In this document: positions 1 to 12,789 of the stretch, in pieces | Numbering within the stretch: position 1 is the first letter of the stretch | Layout: the number at the start of each line of letters is the position of its first letter | NCBI GenBank assembly: GCA_000934665.2 | Contig: JYFJ02003865.1 | Span: forward strand, 1-36,913 | DNA length: 36,913 nt | Reading direction: 5' to 3' | Source: Catajapyx aquilonaris | Taxonomy: Eukaryota | Translations under genes and position numbers: made by a program | Notes under the pieces: generated by a model | What the model was told of the DNA's origin: nothing | Seen by the model: only the letters and a program-made list of their open reading frames with translations | Database searches by the model: none

Positions 1-400
1 TCCATGGATTCCAGACCAGCCAGGACAATTTGACCTGGGAGCAAACTGAAGTGCGGCTCAGAGAGCTTCTGGCGAAGTATAAGCTTCATGATGACCCCTC
101 TGGAATTAAGTTTCATCGAGTCCATCTAATGGGTCGCCCGAGGGTAGGAGGACCGGCGATTGCGGCCACCCAGGTTTTACGAAGGTGGAGTTATCACATG
201 TGTTGGTGGGATCCATAACAATGACATATGGAGAAGACACCTCCAGACAACATAGGGCTCAGGACTCAATGCGCGCGCCGCCTGATATACGTGAAGGTTG
301 GGTCACCACTAAAGTACTCAACAACGTGCCCCACTATAACTTATCATCACGGGGTCGGAAACAAGTCACCAACGCTCTACTAAAAGCCTCTAGCTTTTAA
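1..400 (+). mobile_element. Degenerate non-LTR retrotransposon ORF1 fragment (CR1/L2/L1-type RRM-like ORF1), frameshifted
   Basis: Translation TWEQTEVRLRELL...IKFHRVHLMGRP, then in a shifted frame ...ITMTYGEDTSRQHR, resembles the ORF1p pattern 'TWEQTE..V..L...I.FERVHR.G.P ... I.EDFS..TR'. No intact ORF. Confidence 0.5.
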
Positions 401-1199
401 AGGTAGGTAAATATGCCGATTGATATATCGAAAAATATCAATTTTTAGTGTCTCCAGCTGGAAACGAAGACGAAACATGCACATTGCTGGGAGGGGGGGG
501 GGGGGTAAGGCAGGGGAGAGGGTCAAAGAAGGGCATGATTTAAAACCTCCCAAAACCTATCACACACCCCCATCCTCGCCGTTCAGAGCCTCACATGCAC
601 ACTGCATGGGGCCTTCAAATTAAGCGTGGATATGAGAGGCGATATATTTTAACGAAATTTGGGCCACATCTAGCATTAGACTGGTGTTGCTACGGATTTT
701 TAAATGGGGCTTAGAGCCGCATGGCAGATGTATAACGCATTATTCTCTTCAGTTTAAAAAGTACGGTATTGTCCAAAACACAATGGAAGCATTGTCAGTT
801 GCCGTGCATTTTATTTTTCTGTCGACGGATTGTTGGTAGGGGACAACTGTTACGTCTGTTGCTTCCCTTATAACACTTACCAGAGCGATGTAGCCTGTGG
901 AGTATATCCCAAATACAGTAAATTACTCATTGATGTCATTGTGATTACTGATTGATTAATGGTTTAATGGCGCAACAATGACCTATTTTCCAGACTAAGC
1001 TCCGAGGGATACTGGGCAAAGAAAGGAGCGGCCGCGAGCGTGAGTTGACGTTGGAAAAGGTTAACATATAGATGAGGGGAACCATGCGTTGGACCAGGTT
1101 AACCAAGTGCGGACCAGGACAAGGTGATGTTCAACGAGGTGTTGGACCAGGTTAACAAAAATGGTAGGAACACTCGTACAATATGTATTGTACTTATTA

Positions 1200-1362
1200 C
1201 AGTTGAATCTGGATATAACAATCTCGGCTATAACAGACTTTCGTTCTTAAATGCCGGTTCCGGCATGCTTCCATATAGGCCCAGTGTATTTTTACTTACT
1301 CCTGATATAACACTCATTTTCACCTCACCTCGGGTATAACAGACCATTATTTCGTGGCCCCT
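1200..1362. mobile_element. One-ended Tigger/pogo-like MITE fragment, same family as 11139-11285
   Basis: TA|CAGTTGAATCTGGATATAACAATCTCGGCTATAACAGACTTTCG matches the reverse complement of the right end of the element at 11139-11285. No matching opposite TIR found. Confidence 0.7.
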
Positions 1363-1419
1363 CGCCTCGGAGGGAAAATCTAGTTTTTCAGGTATAAAAT
1401 AGTCAACTCTGAAATGTTA

Positions 1420-4400
1420 CCCTGACCCCGAGTCCTGCTCTGGACACGAACTCTGACAAAAACCACTCGCGGTAGAGTGGAACAAAATTGGACACAAAGA
1501 AGGCATATATCAACGAGTAACAGCTTCACAAGTATCTAATAATTTCACCGACATTACCTGAGGCATAAAATTACTGCTACGGCTCGTTAACAAAGGCACG
1601 TTTCAGCACGTAGATAATTAATTTGACCAATTTGGAGACCAGGTGGAACATTCTACAGGGACATGCAGCGAAGAATGTTGGTTCGCTTCACCTATGACTC
1701 GAATGATACATGAATTGAAACCTACTACAAAGAATGGGGTGGACTATTTAAAACTCAGCTAAACAAAATGCACATGCATTTTCCTCTCTCCCTCTCATGA
1801 AGATGGCAACAGCCAAAGTTCCGTATTGCGACTGTTACTAATTGTTAAAATTTATAACTCCAGTTTTACATTTATGTCTCAGAATACTGCCCGTATTACT
1901 AGGTAGGCAAACTACTACTAAGACAGCTTCCAACATACATCATTTCATCAAGAGGAAAGTACCTAACACTTCTCAACAATGGTTTTTCCCAGTGTCTGAC
2001 TCTGTCAATGTTTACCGAAATATCAAGATACGATACGAAGTCCTGGAAGTGATCCGAACAATTAATGGAATATTTGTGAATCGCTGCCATAGGTCAGACC
2101 AACTCATGACTTCAAGGTTGATCCCATGTATCAGGAGGAGGCTGCTTTACGTGGGCTACTTTGTGCTGCTGGCTACTATAGTGGTAAAAACACAAATAAT
2201 TCTAACTAGACAACACCTGGGATTCTAGCAACATCTACTCTTCAAACAAGTAGAAGACAATCATAAAATTCTAACCGATTGATCAACAACAAGATGATGC
2301 ATTCAACGACACTGGCAAAGCAACGGGCACCTCTCTGGGGATGGCTGAAAGTATACGGATAGGCCAGTTCCATTCAGCTCGCATACTGTACAGTACCAGT
2401 AATCTTCACATCAGTACAAGCATTTTCAAGAGCATTAATAATATTATTCAGAAGTGAGATGAGAAGCGAAATGGACCAATACCCCAGCTTTCGACTGATG
2501 CGGGTCGTCTTGTTCAGCCTGGGCGAAAATGAGAAAATGTTTCGCCTCAATTCGGAGAGAGAGACTACTTAAACCTTCATCCCCCGCCGAATTTTGGGCA
2601 GTTGTGAAAACAACAAAGAAACTTTACCCGATTGGCCCCAGATACAAGACAAATGGTGACAGCTTTTGAAATACCTTCCAAATTACATCACAAGTTGCCA
2701 ATTGCGAACTGGCAGTAGCAAACCCAGAAATATAATGAGTTAACGACGAGAGAGATAAACCATTAACACTGTTAGAACTTCATCTAGCTATCTAGACGCT
2801 TAAACCAAAAACAGCACCAGGTCCTGATTTAATATCCAATAAGCTAATCAAAAAAAGACACTTCAAGTATTTTGGAGACTTCATTTGTTATCTTTAAAAA
2901 CAATCTAAATTCACAACATAATTCCTAAAAATTGGGAGTCAGGCGAGGATAACCCGATCATACAAGCTCAAAGCTCAGCTTGTACCTATGTGAATATTAT
3001 GTGACCAACAATAGAGGTATTTCGCATGGCATCAGACGGCATGACACTTGGTAGTTATTACTTTTTTTTCTACCGCAAATACTTCACCTGTATTTAATAA
3101 TCTCACAGACATTTCCTTAATAACTGAATTGATCCTATGGCTTGTTAACAAAGGCATGTTTCAGGTCGATTATTAATTTGCCGGAGTTCGACCCTGTGGA
3201 ACACTCAACAACTTCTTTTCAACAAGGTATAACCTCAGCAGACAAATGAGTGCCTCTAACTGTAAGCTCATAGGATGAGCAAGGTAAAAGGCAACCTGTA
3301 AATATCGGGATTGCAAGCCACATTTCTCTGCACATATGAGAGCAATTTTTAAGAGCATGCTGAATACGAATTTTCAAGAGTGTACAAAGGGGCTTAAATA
3401 TAGTGGTAAAAATACAAATAAGTCTAACTAGACAACACCTGGCATTCTGTGTACCATGCTCCGCAAGCATTTGAACATGGCCATTGAGTCGTGTTTTGTT
3501 GCATGGAGCACCATCCGCTCCAGAACGTCCAGGTATTGTAACGTTGCAGAGGTGTTGTAAACAAACCCTTGTTCCACTTCTGAACACCCCATTAGTATAA
3601 GAAACACCACATGAGGACTAACCCCTAAAATCATCTCACTAACCTCTCTAAACCCAGTCATAAATTTCACCAGTTTAGGACAATAGTAGTCCTGCCTTCT
3701 CTCTTTCTTCCATAACTATACACATAAGACATAACTATACTTCCAATCTTCTGGCAATATAATTGTTTGAATAGATAATATTTCAAAGTGATCACTGCCA
3801 GTGGCTTAAATGAGAGCAAATATTTTAATTGGATAGTTGGAATTTTACCAGAGGATACTGGAAAGTGAGCATCTGTCATGCAGAAGCGGCATCACTCGAC
3901 CACTCCGACTCACCAGTCATGATCTGTCCGAATCATATGCCCAACTTGCAGATAGTTACAAATGCCACAAGGAATGACAGGGATTCAAAATGCCAACGCC
4001 TGTCACAAGAACATCTCTCCAACATGGGGAACATTCCACATTCTCTTCCAGAATGCATAACCTTAACAGCCTCCAGGCAAACGAGTTCCTCTCATACGAT
4101 AGTCAGCATGAGCAACTTAGAATGCCGTGTGTAATTGCATTGAAACACAGATTCGGCCAAATGGCATTTTGTACTAACAAGTAAAAGCCTGTGGAATGCA
4201 AATTTTCAGAGGTGTATAAACTGGCAAAAGGTGACAACATTAGCGAAAGGAATAGCGTAACATGAGTATAACCTCCCAAAGTACGCCTGCTCGGTGCAGT
4301 TCCAAAAGAAGAAACAGCTCAAATTAGTGGGAATGACCACTTGACATGTGAAACACTCGGAATATTTGTCGGTTGATGCAAGTGAAAGGCTTAACTTGCA

Positions 4401-6900
4401 CTCAACTCTTAAAGACTCTCCCGATGCTCTATGTATTCTGATTTTAGAAAGGAGGAGAAATGACCATCTGAAGGAATATCATACGCCATTCATCAACTAT
4501 GGGATATTGTGACTAGAGGCAGGCAAACACTCCAGAACAATTCTCCATAAAGACTGAAATTTCTACCTTGTCCGAGAGATGGATGTTACCACATTGTACG
4601 CACTGCAAAGAATGGCAGGTCTTCTCCTCAGAGATCCTTTCAGCAGGGTTTCACCCATGAAGGAGTACAACTGCACCGCATTCAACAAGAACAATTGCAT
4701 AACATCAACACACATTTCCATACAGATTCAGTGGGATTAGCAGAAGACTACAATTCATGAATATTTTTTCAAATGACATCAGGACCCTCTCATCCTAGGT
4801 GTGCTTCCATGACCTGGAAACGAAGTACTGTTACATTAAAAATCGAAATATGTTATTTAATATTATCAGGCATTCTGAACTAATTCTTACAACAGATGGC
4901 CTGGAACTCAGCGATAATAAACAATTCACCAACAGTCATATTCATGTTTCTCTATCACGTTCATGACCATTCAAAGGAAACCAGAGCTACAAGAAAAGAA
5001 CTAATACAAGAACGTAAATCCCTAACTGCCCAAGGAATCCACACTGCATTTAAAAAACCACTGTCTGATTATAAATAATACCCATTTACCTGGTCCCAAG
5101 GGAAATTGAACCACAAATGACATGAACCACAGATGCAAAAATATATGAACTGAAGTAACACTGTCTGCTCATGTGCAGTGTATAGTGCATACATAGTATG
5201 CCCTTATGACGAGGTACACTTCATTAAAACAAAGAGCATCTAGCGAGGACGTGTTTCTCCGACCTGGAATCCTGCTCTGGGTCTGAACTCACCTCTGAGA
5301 AAAACTACTGTGACGCAGAACTGCACACAAAGTTGGCACCATTACAACAGCATTTTTAGGAAGACACTGCCTTGTACTACCAAAAGCATACAGTAACACC
5401 TTTATTTCGAATAAACAGACAACATAATTTTCTAACCAAATGTTGAATCATACGACATGGCAGCTCTCTAATTCTAATAACATGTCATACTTATATCAGA
5501 GGAGTCTAGTCATTACGACCAGTATCATGTAGGCGAGGATGCCTCTTCATTTGTGTCACGATACTGTTGGTATGTTACACACTGAACAAGTCATCATAAA
5601 ATATATGAGCATATTTAACACTCGCTGCCTATGCATTGTGTGTAGTATGTGAACAGGTCGTGTCAAAATTGACTATCCGCGCATTGATCTCATACAAAAG
5701 ACAGTACATTCCCAGCCATATGGTTTCGTCTCAACACCAAAGAAGTCATGGAGGAAGGCAGAGAAAGACTCGAAAGCAACATGTACCTCCCTGCGGACAG
5801 TTTACAGTACGGATTTGAGCCAGCTCCATTCAGCTGGCTTTTTCCAGCCTTTACCTCAGTACATCAGCATTTTCAAGAGCATTAATAATATCATTCAAAA
5901 GTGACTTGTGGTTATTTTAGTCATTTGTACAAATATACAACTTTCTAGTCTCAAGTGTCAGTACACGCTTTATTTGACGTGTCACAACTCCGCAGGATTT
6001 CAAAATGATTAAGTAGTCATTCCGATTTACCCAGTCTTTACATTTCATTCAAGGACTGCGTATTCTATCAATGGTTTTTTGTACATACCTCTGATGATGT
6101 AAATCTTTTGTTTTTGCTTTTATTTTATTTTCTACAGTAAACTTTTGTGATGCCAATGGCTGTCTCCCCCCAATGGCCACCGATCCCATCAGGTTAATAA
6201 ATTAATAACTACATAAATAAATTTTAGTCAAGGTAATGGGTAATTTGTAATATTTGTAAATTCCCATGGCAAATATTTCATGCATTTATAACACCTACAC
6301 CTGAGTGTGTTATTATTGTAATTCATAAGAGGCTCAATGCCCACGGAACCAAGTGTCAGTGGAAAATGAGACCTGCAGTGTGATAAGTAGGAGTGTGATG
6401 TACGACCCCTAGGCTGGTTAAAGTCTGCACGATTACCCTTATCGGCTAGTGCAATCCCACAGGATGGAACAAGGAAGAGGCACCCTCACTACGAAAGGAG
6501 GACGAAACATGCAAATGCATAATTGGACTTGGTGGACCAAAGACAACGATGAGAACACGTCTTTAAAACCAAGACAAACTTGTTATTTTAGTCAATGTGA
6601 AGTGTTACACTGACCCTGAGTCCTGCTCTGGACCCGAACTAATCTCTGACAAAAACCACTGGCAATAGAGTGAAACAAAATTTGCACACAAAGTGGGAAG
6701 CCACGACTGCGGTGTTGTTAAGAAGACACCACCTTGCATCTAGCATAGCACAGAGTAACAGCTTCACCTGTATTTTTAATAATTTCACAGATGTTTCCTA
6801 AGGCATAAAATTACATCTACAGCTTGGCACTTTTCCTAAAAGTATGCTGCCGCTGTCAGTTGAAATATTCACACAATTGAACAACTTACCCCTGGGCCTG
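1420..6900 (-). repeat. Mosaic of degenerate local duplications, possibly decayed paralogous pseudogenes
   Basis: Shared blocks: CCTGCTCTGG...CACAAAG at about 1422-1499, 5259-5332 and 6610-6693; CTTCAC...AATAAT...GACAT at about 1515-1606, 3081-3180 and 6753-6830; ATAGTGGTAAAAA...CTAACTAGACAACACCTGG at about 2177-2220 and 3400-3442; CCATTCAGCT...GCATTTTCAAGAGCATTAATAAT at about 2351-2457 and 5807-5904. Confidence 0.75.
2470..2970 (+). mobile_element. Decayed non-LTR retrotransposon ORF2 fragment (pre-RT region)
   Basis: From 2775: ELHLAI*TLKPKTAPGPDLISNKLIKK, then a broken IPKNW...ARI...YK. These match the classic 'K.APGPD.I.N..LK ... IP..WK.A.I.PI.K' motifs of LINE ORF2. Stops and frameshifts are present. 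Confidence 0.75.
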
Positions 6901-7260
6901 CCTGGGCCTCTGGAACTCTGTGAATAATAAACAATACGCTGGAAGTGCTAATGGCATTCATGTAGGTTTAATATTACTTTGTTTAATCCGCTTTCTATGT
7001 TCCCACCAAGCTCCAGGTAGCTTTTATTACTACTATTGACATAAATATTGTCACTTACGTAAATTATCCACTTTGGAAAAATAGGGTGGGATGGCCAAGA
7101 GATCCACTCAATATGTACGAGCCTTGAGATACAAAACCGAGTGAAGCCTCTGATATGTGTAATGATTGTTAACACTGTCTTAATTTTCATTATTGTAAAT
7201 CACCCCAACCAACACTCCTTATTAAGTCATTAGAGTTCGAACAGTCAGCATCGTTTTTTT

Positions 7261-8024
7261 TGTTTTTGGAATGGCTCCGGGGAAGAAGTTGTGGTGTCGC
7301 CCGAGGGGGGGAAAGAGGACTAGGAGAAGGAAACATGTGGTCCCATCTGCAGTCCAACAGGAGAACACCAGCTGCAGTCACCTTCCCAACCAGCCGAACC
7401 AAGAGAACACCAGTGCTCCAGATGGCTACGCACTCCAGGAAATCACGTTGCCGTGCAAGGTACCAAGCAGGAACCGTCAGTGGCTGCAAATACAGAAAAA
7501 GAATCCCTGGATGGTGGATTTCGCTATCAACATGGCAGGGGGAGATGACACAGATGGACCCGGTCTGGGGACCTCATATCCTCGGACATGCGAGCCATGG
7601 CTAAAGGTGGACGACTCCAGGTCACCTACGGACGACGGAACGACAGACGTCAGGTCACCAACAGACGACGGAAATGGACGAAGGAACGACAGTCCGTCAA
7701 GGACTGGTCGTTCTTCTAACCGAGGAAGGAGTACTGTAATGTCAATTGTTCACTTGTTCATCATTACATCGTTTGTAAACATGTCATTTCATCCATTGTT
7801 AATTCACCCAATATCACCATCGTTTGTAATCAATCATTGTTAATTCACCCACATATCACCATCGTTTTGTCGTCGACATTTGTAAACAAGTTTTTCGAAT
7901 AAAAGGACACGAGCCAGGACAGATCGAGTCAGTTGTGACTGAACCCTCTTGGAGTAAGGTTCTCTTGAACCTTGCTCAATTAACTGGCAGACTCTTGACT
8001 TGACCTGTCCCAGGTGTAGTGTCG
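7261..8024 (+). mobile_element. Probable 3' end of an LTR retrotransposon: internal 3' region, polypurine tract and 3' LTR (7546-8024)
   Basis: The purine tract GGCAGGGGGAGA directly precedes TGACAC (7546). A near-inverted end GTGTCG lies at 8019-8024, AATAAA at 7898, and there are internal short duplications. No gag/pol or second LTR in the window. Confidence 0.5.
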
Positions 8025-9377
8025 AACAGAACTCAGTGTGTATGTGTCTCTTAATTGTTGGAGGGAGACAGGTCAGTTAGACATGAGTGTATGCTGGTAT
8101 TCGTACCTGGCCAGCTCCAGTGAGTGAGCACCGCCGGACCATTAGGTCCTGGCCAGCTCCCACTTGTGAGCGCCGCTGGTATACCTTGAGTGTAGCCTAC
8201 ATTGTTTTGTTGGTGTATGGAATGTAGTGTATCGTATGTGAGTTGTATGTGAGTGGTACTTATAAGAGCTTCCACCATCCCGACGGGACAGTTGGCGGAA
8301 GCCCAAACTGGGTCATCGTAGCGTCCAGAGAAGAACAGCTAGTTTTGGCGCTACATATGTATAACAGAAACAGCCCAAAAAGACAGGGAAAGGAAGAGCT
8401 CTGACAATTTAACTCCCGCCTTCGACAACTGAATCTACATGCAGCAGGAAATGCACAGGACGTACGAGAAACAACCATGAAAGGAACACTTCAGTGACGC
8501 CAAGAGCATCACGAAATGAGCATATCTCTGAACTTGTCAGTCTTAGCTATCATGTCTTACAAACTGAATAAATCACAGACGCAGAAATATACGCGCATTA
8601 GTAATGTTGGCTGCCCATGTACATTGTACAGTGTGTAGTGCGCACATGTTTCCAAATACTTGCCCCTTCATATATTTCACCTGATTAGGACTACTTATAG
8701 TTCTTCACACTCTTTCACTTTGACCAGAAACCATAACACAATTCAACAACAATGGATATCCCTTAAGTTGTCACAAGTGACATGGTTGTATGCAGAAATT
8801 TTGTTAGCTCTCACAAGACGTTAATAATAAGACTTTTCCTTATATTGGCTTGTAATCATGTAATATTATCATTGTCCCAAAGTACCACGCGTCATGTCCC
8901 AATTTGCCCAGCAACAGGGAACATTGGGACATGTTGCATAAGGTTGTAAGAAATTACGTGTAGCAACATTGTTCAATGTGACAAACATGCAAAAAAATAC
9001 ACATTGTGTTAGCCATAAAAGATCCAAGCTAAGTAGTGGATTCTTTAAAATTGCTTAATTTTGTGAGGTAGTCACAAAATAAATTGCGACCCAAAATTTT
9101 GTCCCACAGGGCACCTCCAGTGCAATTGGCCACCATAGGCTTATGGGTTGCCTTTATGGCGAATCAAGATACCAGTTGTGGACAGACTATTCGTTACCTC
9201 AGGATGTAGTATGGACTATTTAAATCGACATTTCAAAAGCGCCCTGAACTATGATGTGAAACATAGATATGTTAAAGAAAATTACTTCTTAGAATCCCTG
9301 ATGAATGAAGGAAGAAATTCTGCGCCTTTCACACCGTCCCGTTGAATGGTCCGCCGCAGGGGCCGATGCCGCCGCCG

Positions 9378-9588
9378 CAAGGGTTGCCATTTTTTGACAT
9401 TAAATTCAATTAAAAATTAACATTTAATTGTAAATAATTAGTGCTCATTCCATGAATTAACCACCAGTAATAATAAATGGGTATAACAGCTAAAATGATT
9501 CGTGCTGAATTAGATTTAAAAAAAAAATTGCATGTAGCCTAGTTAACGGTTTTAAAATGCACAAAAATATCATTAATTGCTACCAATA

Positions 9589-9592
<4 letters not shown>
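9378..9592 (+). repeat. Dispersed repeat, copy 1 (starts CAAGGGTTGCCA, hAT-like terminus)
   Basis: Colinear, highly similar direct copy at 13021-13257 (ATTAAATTCAATTAAAAATTAAC...TTCCATGAATTAACCACCAGTAA...ATGTAGCCTAGTT...TTGCTACCAATATGATA). Confidence 0.85.

Positions 9593-9676
<84 letters not shown>
9591..9676. repeat. (AT)n microsatellite
   Basis: Pure AT dinucleotide run of about 43 units. Confidence 0.99.
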
Positions 9677-9682
<6 letters not shown>

Positions 9683-9961
9683 CCTTCACACTCTTTCACT
9701 TTGACCAAAAAACCATAACGACCAAAGCCTGACACGTATCATAAATGATATTAATTAATTGGATGAGGTCACACAGGCATCACGTTAAAAAGCTTTAGAA
9801 CAGATTTTGGACGTACAAGATGACGCAAGAACCAACCGATATTTTCATGAAACAAAATACAATGCGTTAGGTTAGTACATTCAGTACACCAACTCAACGT
9901 AGCACTTGCACACGTAGGTCTTGCAATTACATTTAGCCAACATGTTAGTAATATTATTGTT

Positions 9962-10003
9962 GGCCCGAGTAAGCTAGGCCTACTCGCCTTGACTTGAACT
10001 AGT
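9962..10003 (+). mobile_element. Helitron-type 3' terminus (hairpin followed by CTAG)
   Basis: CGAGTA-AGCTAGGCC-TACTCG hairpin (9966-9986), then CTAG|T at 9999-10003, 12 nt downstream. Confidence 0.4.
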
Positions 10004-10389
10004 TTGCATTAGTGACCCATCTCACATCCCTCCATACCTCCCTCGTAGGCCTATACTTTCCCCTTTGCCTCCTGAGGTCATCCCCTGACCCAAGCCAGGT
10101 CAGGTCAAGGAAAAAGGTCAGGATTCGATCAGATTCCCTTCCCCTTCCAAAGAATCGAACGCTCAAGAAAAGAAAAAAAGAAAAACCCGGAAATGATGAT
10201 GCAACAAGAAATGACGTCACTAAAACAAAGATGGCCGACTTCCTGTGACGTCACTCCAATTCTAAACGATTTTATTACGCTATTAAAAATTAATCTACAC
10301 ATAAAATAAAACCTGGGTCAAAATAATATTATTAAACATGCCTAAAATTGTAATACCCCCCCCCCCCCTCTCTTTTTTTTTGTAAAAAA

Positions 10390-11075
10390 TGCTAAAAAGT
10401 TTTTGTGCTTGTCTGTCTGTCTGTTTGTCCAGGTTCTGGTTAACCATGGCAACATGTTAGCATGGCATCAACGATGGTCAATTGCTGCCAATTACAATAC
10501 CATGGAAAGAGGGTGGGCGACAAACCGGTTCCACTACTAGTAAAAAAATGAGAAACCAACAAAAAATTCGGCTGTTTGGTTGTTTGTCCAGGTTCCGGTT
10601 AACCATGGCAACATGTTATCATGGCATCAACGATGGTTAATTGCAGCCGATTATAATAGTACCGTGGAAACAAGGGAGTGCGACAAACCGGTTCCGCTAC
10701 TAGTAAAAAACATGATTTAAAAATCGGCTGTTTGTTTGTTTGTCCAGGTTCTGGTTAACCCCATGGCAACATGTTAGCACGGCATCAACTACGGTTGGTT
10801 GTTGCCTATTGCAATGCCGTGGAATCTACGAGTAGGTTCCACTGCTAACATTATTATAAAAGGCGAAGATTGTCTGACTGTTTGTTTGTCCAGGTTCTGG
10901 TTAACCATGGCAACATGTTAACATATCAACGATGATGGTTGATTGTTGCTGATTTCAATACCGTGGAAAAATGGGTGTGCAAAGGGCCGGTTCTGCTGAT
11001 AGCATTATTATGAAAGGCGAAATTTGTCAGTCTGTTTGTTTGTCCATGTTTTGGTTAGCCATGGCAACTTGTTCC
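10390..11075 (+). repeat. Tandem array of 5 units of about 155 bp resembling non-autonomous Helitrons
   Basis: Core TTTGTCCAGGTT(C)TGGTTAACCATGGCAACATGTTA at 10424, 10583, 10739, 10885 and 11039. Units start with ATTATAAAAGGCGAAGATTG-like sequence plus a GTCT/GTTT microsatellite. Two units end in ACTAGT (10536, 10699). Confidence 0.8.
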
Positions 11076-11138
11076 GCAGTTATTGAGAATTGATTGATTG
11101 TTGGAAACATTGGCGAAGTATGTGCTCTGATGATAGTA

Positions 11139-11285
11139 CGGTTGAATCCGGATATAACAGAGAGAAATTGGGTCTGTTATAACCAAGGTCTGTTATAGCG
11201 GAACACACAAGCCGGGACCGGCCTTACGAGCCTGTTATAACCGAAAGTCTGTTATAGCCGAGGCTGTTACATCCGGATTCAACTG
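11139..11285. mobile_element. Tigger/pogo (Tc1-mariner superfamily) MITE, 147 bp
   Basis: TIRs CGGTTGAATCCGGATATAACAG ... CTGTTACATCCGGATTCAACTG, flanked by TA on both sides, with internal repeated CTGTTATA motifs. Confidence 0.9.
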
Positions 11286-11361
11286 TAATACGTAACGGAC
11301 GAAGCATGTATCGTTACAGGGATATGAAAACTATTTTATTTCTCCGTTAATTCCACAGTGG

Positions 11362-12789
11362 TCAAACCTCGATGTCCGGCATGGACATAAGGGGCGCTGG
11401 GATGTCCTCTGGGTTCATGTCCCCTGTGATGATGAGTCCTACTAAACCCATGTCGCTGTTGCGGCTCTCCTTCTCCCACCTCTTGATGACGGAGAGGGAC
11501 GGAAGGATGAAGCCATTGGCTCGGAGGTACCTGTACGCCAATGGTCCTTGATCGTACAGACTCAGCGCCATTGCCCGCTCTTCCTCCGTGAACTGCTGGC
11601 CTTTTCCGCCCGACCTCACTTGAAGCCTGCAGAGGGTCAGCGCGTCCCCCGATAGCACCTCTTCCAGTCCTCTAGTCAATCCCTTTCTGCCTGGAGGTTG
11701 CTCCAGTTGGGCTTGCATCCTCTGGATCCTCCGCTGAAGGTAGTTTATCTGGTTGCGGAGGCGGTGGGTGACCAGTCGTCTGTGCTCCTTCAAAGCCTCC
11801 TGCTGCTTCAGTGTTCGGCGGCCAGTCTGAGTCATGCGGCTGACAGTGCGTGGCGCCTTCGACACTGTAATAAAAATGGAAGAATACACTTCCGTTGCGA
11901 TGCAAACTGATTAGAATCTCACCTGTTTGTGTACTGGCATCCATTGCGTCGTCTTCAATCGCCACACCTCTATCATCCGCCAGCACACTATTTCTCTGTC
12001 GCCATTTCGCCTGCTCTTTGTCCCTCCTGGCATTCTTCCTGGCTTCGTCTCCAAAGAGAGTCGGTATGGCGTTGTGCACCAGCCTGTTCCTGGCGGGACT
12101 GAGGAAGCTGGTCTCTAAGAAGTGGGCGGCACAGACCCTCTTGTTGCTCAGCATGTTTCTCTCGAGGTGCCACAGCTTATCGGAATCCACCTCCGACAGC
12201 CAACGTTCACACCTAAAAACGCAGTGTTTACATGTGGGCGATTCGCCAAGGGTCTGTAACGCAAGTAACCAATATTTTTTGAGGGTACCTGATATTGTCA
12301 TGTACAGGGAACCTGAAGAAGGACATGCCCATGCTTGGCCTGTTTGAGCACGACGGAACCACACACTGGGTCTGCCGCTTGCACTCCTGCTGAATACCCG
12401 CTTTCTGGATCAACTCCAGAATCTCCGCCGAGTACGGCGCAGGTCGTGGGATGGGATCGGACACACGAGGCGGGGCATCAGCTCCAGGAAGACGAGTTGG
12501 CTTTAAACTGGGACGACCACGAGGAGGCCTAACCTCCCTGTGAAATGCAGAAAACTTGTTTTACCGGTACACGACTCTTCGCCGCAATTGTAGAGTTGGC
12601 TTTGGTAATTTTTTGTGTGTGTAGTTGACCCCCAGCTGTACAAGCTACAATCGACACAGTTAATTATAATAGAAAATATAATTATTTCAACAACATTATC
12701 AACCATTAACATAAGTTGGATCAATTCCCACACATTTTTAACCTTATTAGCATGTCTTACCCATCACACCTTGAAGCCTCCTGGCTCAT
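11362..12789 (-). CDS. THAP zinc-finger / coiled-coil / P-element-type HTH protein, about 356 aa, 4 exons (12789-12761, 12537-12289, 12212-11923, 11864-11362)
   Basis: GT-AG introns join in frame. THAP C2CH motif CVVPSCSN..FFRFP..R.ERW...RVCAAHF...LVHNAIPTLF, then coiled coil RLRNQINYLQRRIQRMQAQL, then FTEEERAMALSLYDQGPLAYRYLRANGFILPSLSVIKRW as in P-element transposase N-terminal regions. PRGRP (AT-hook-like) in exon 2. The first exon is less certain (alternative ATG at 12928). Confidence 0.85.

Noticed and set aside
10390..11075. Repeat-spacer appearance of the GGTTAACCATGGCAACATG array
   Set aside because: The intervening sequences are homologous to each other, so this is a diverged tandem repeat, not acquired spacers.
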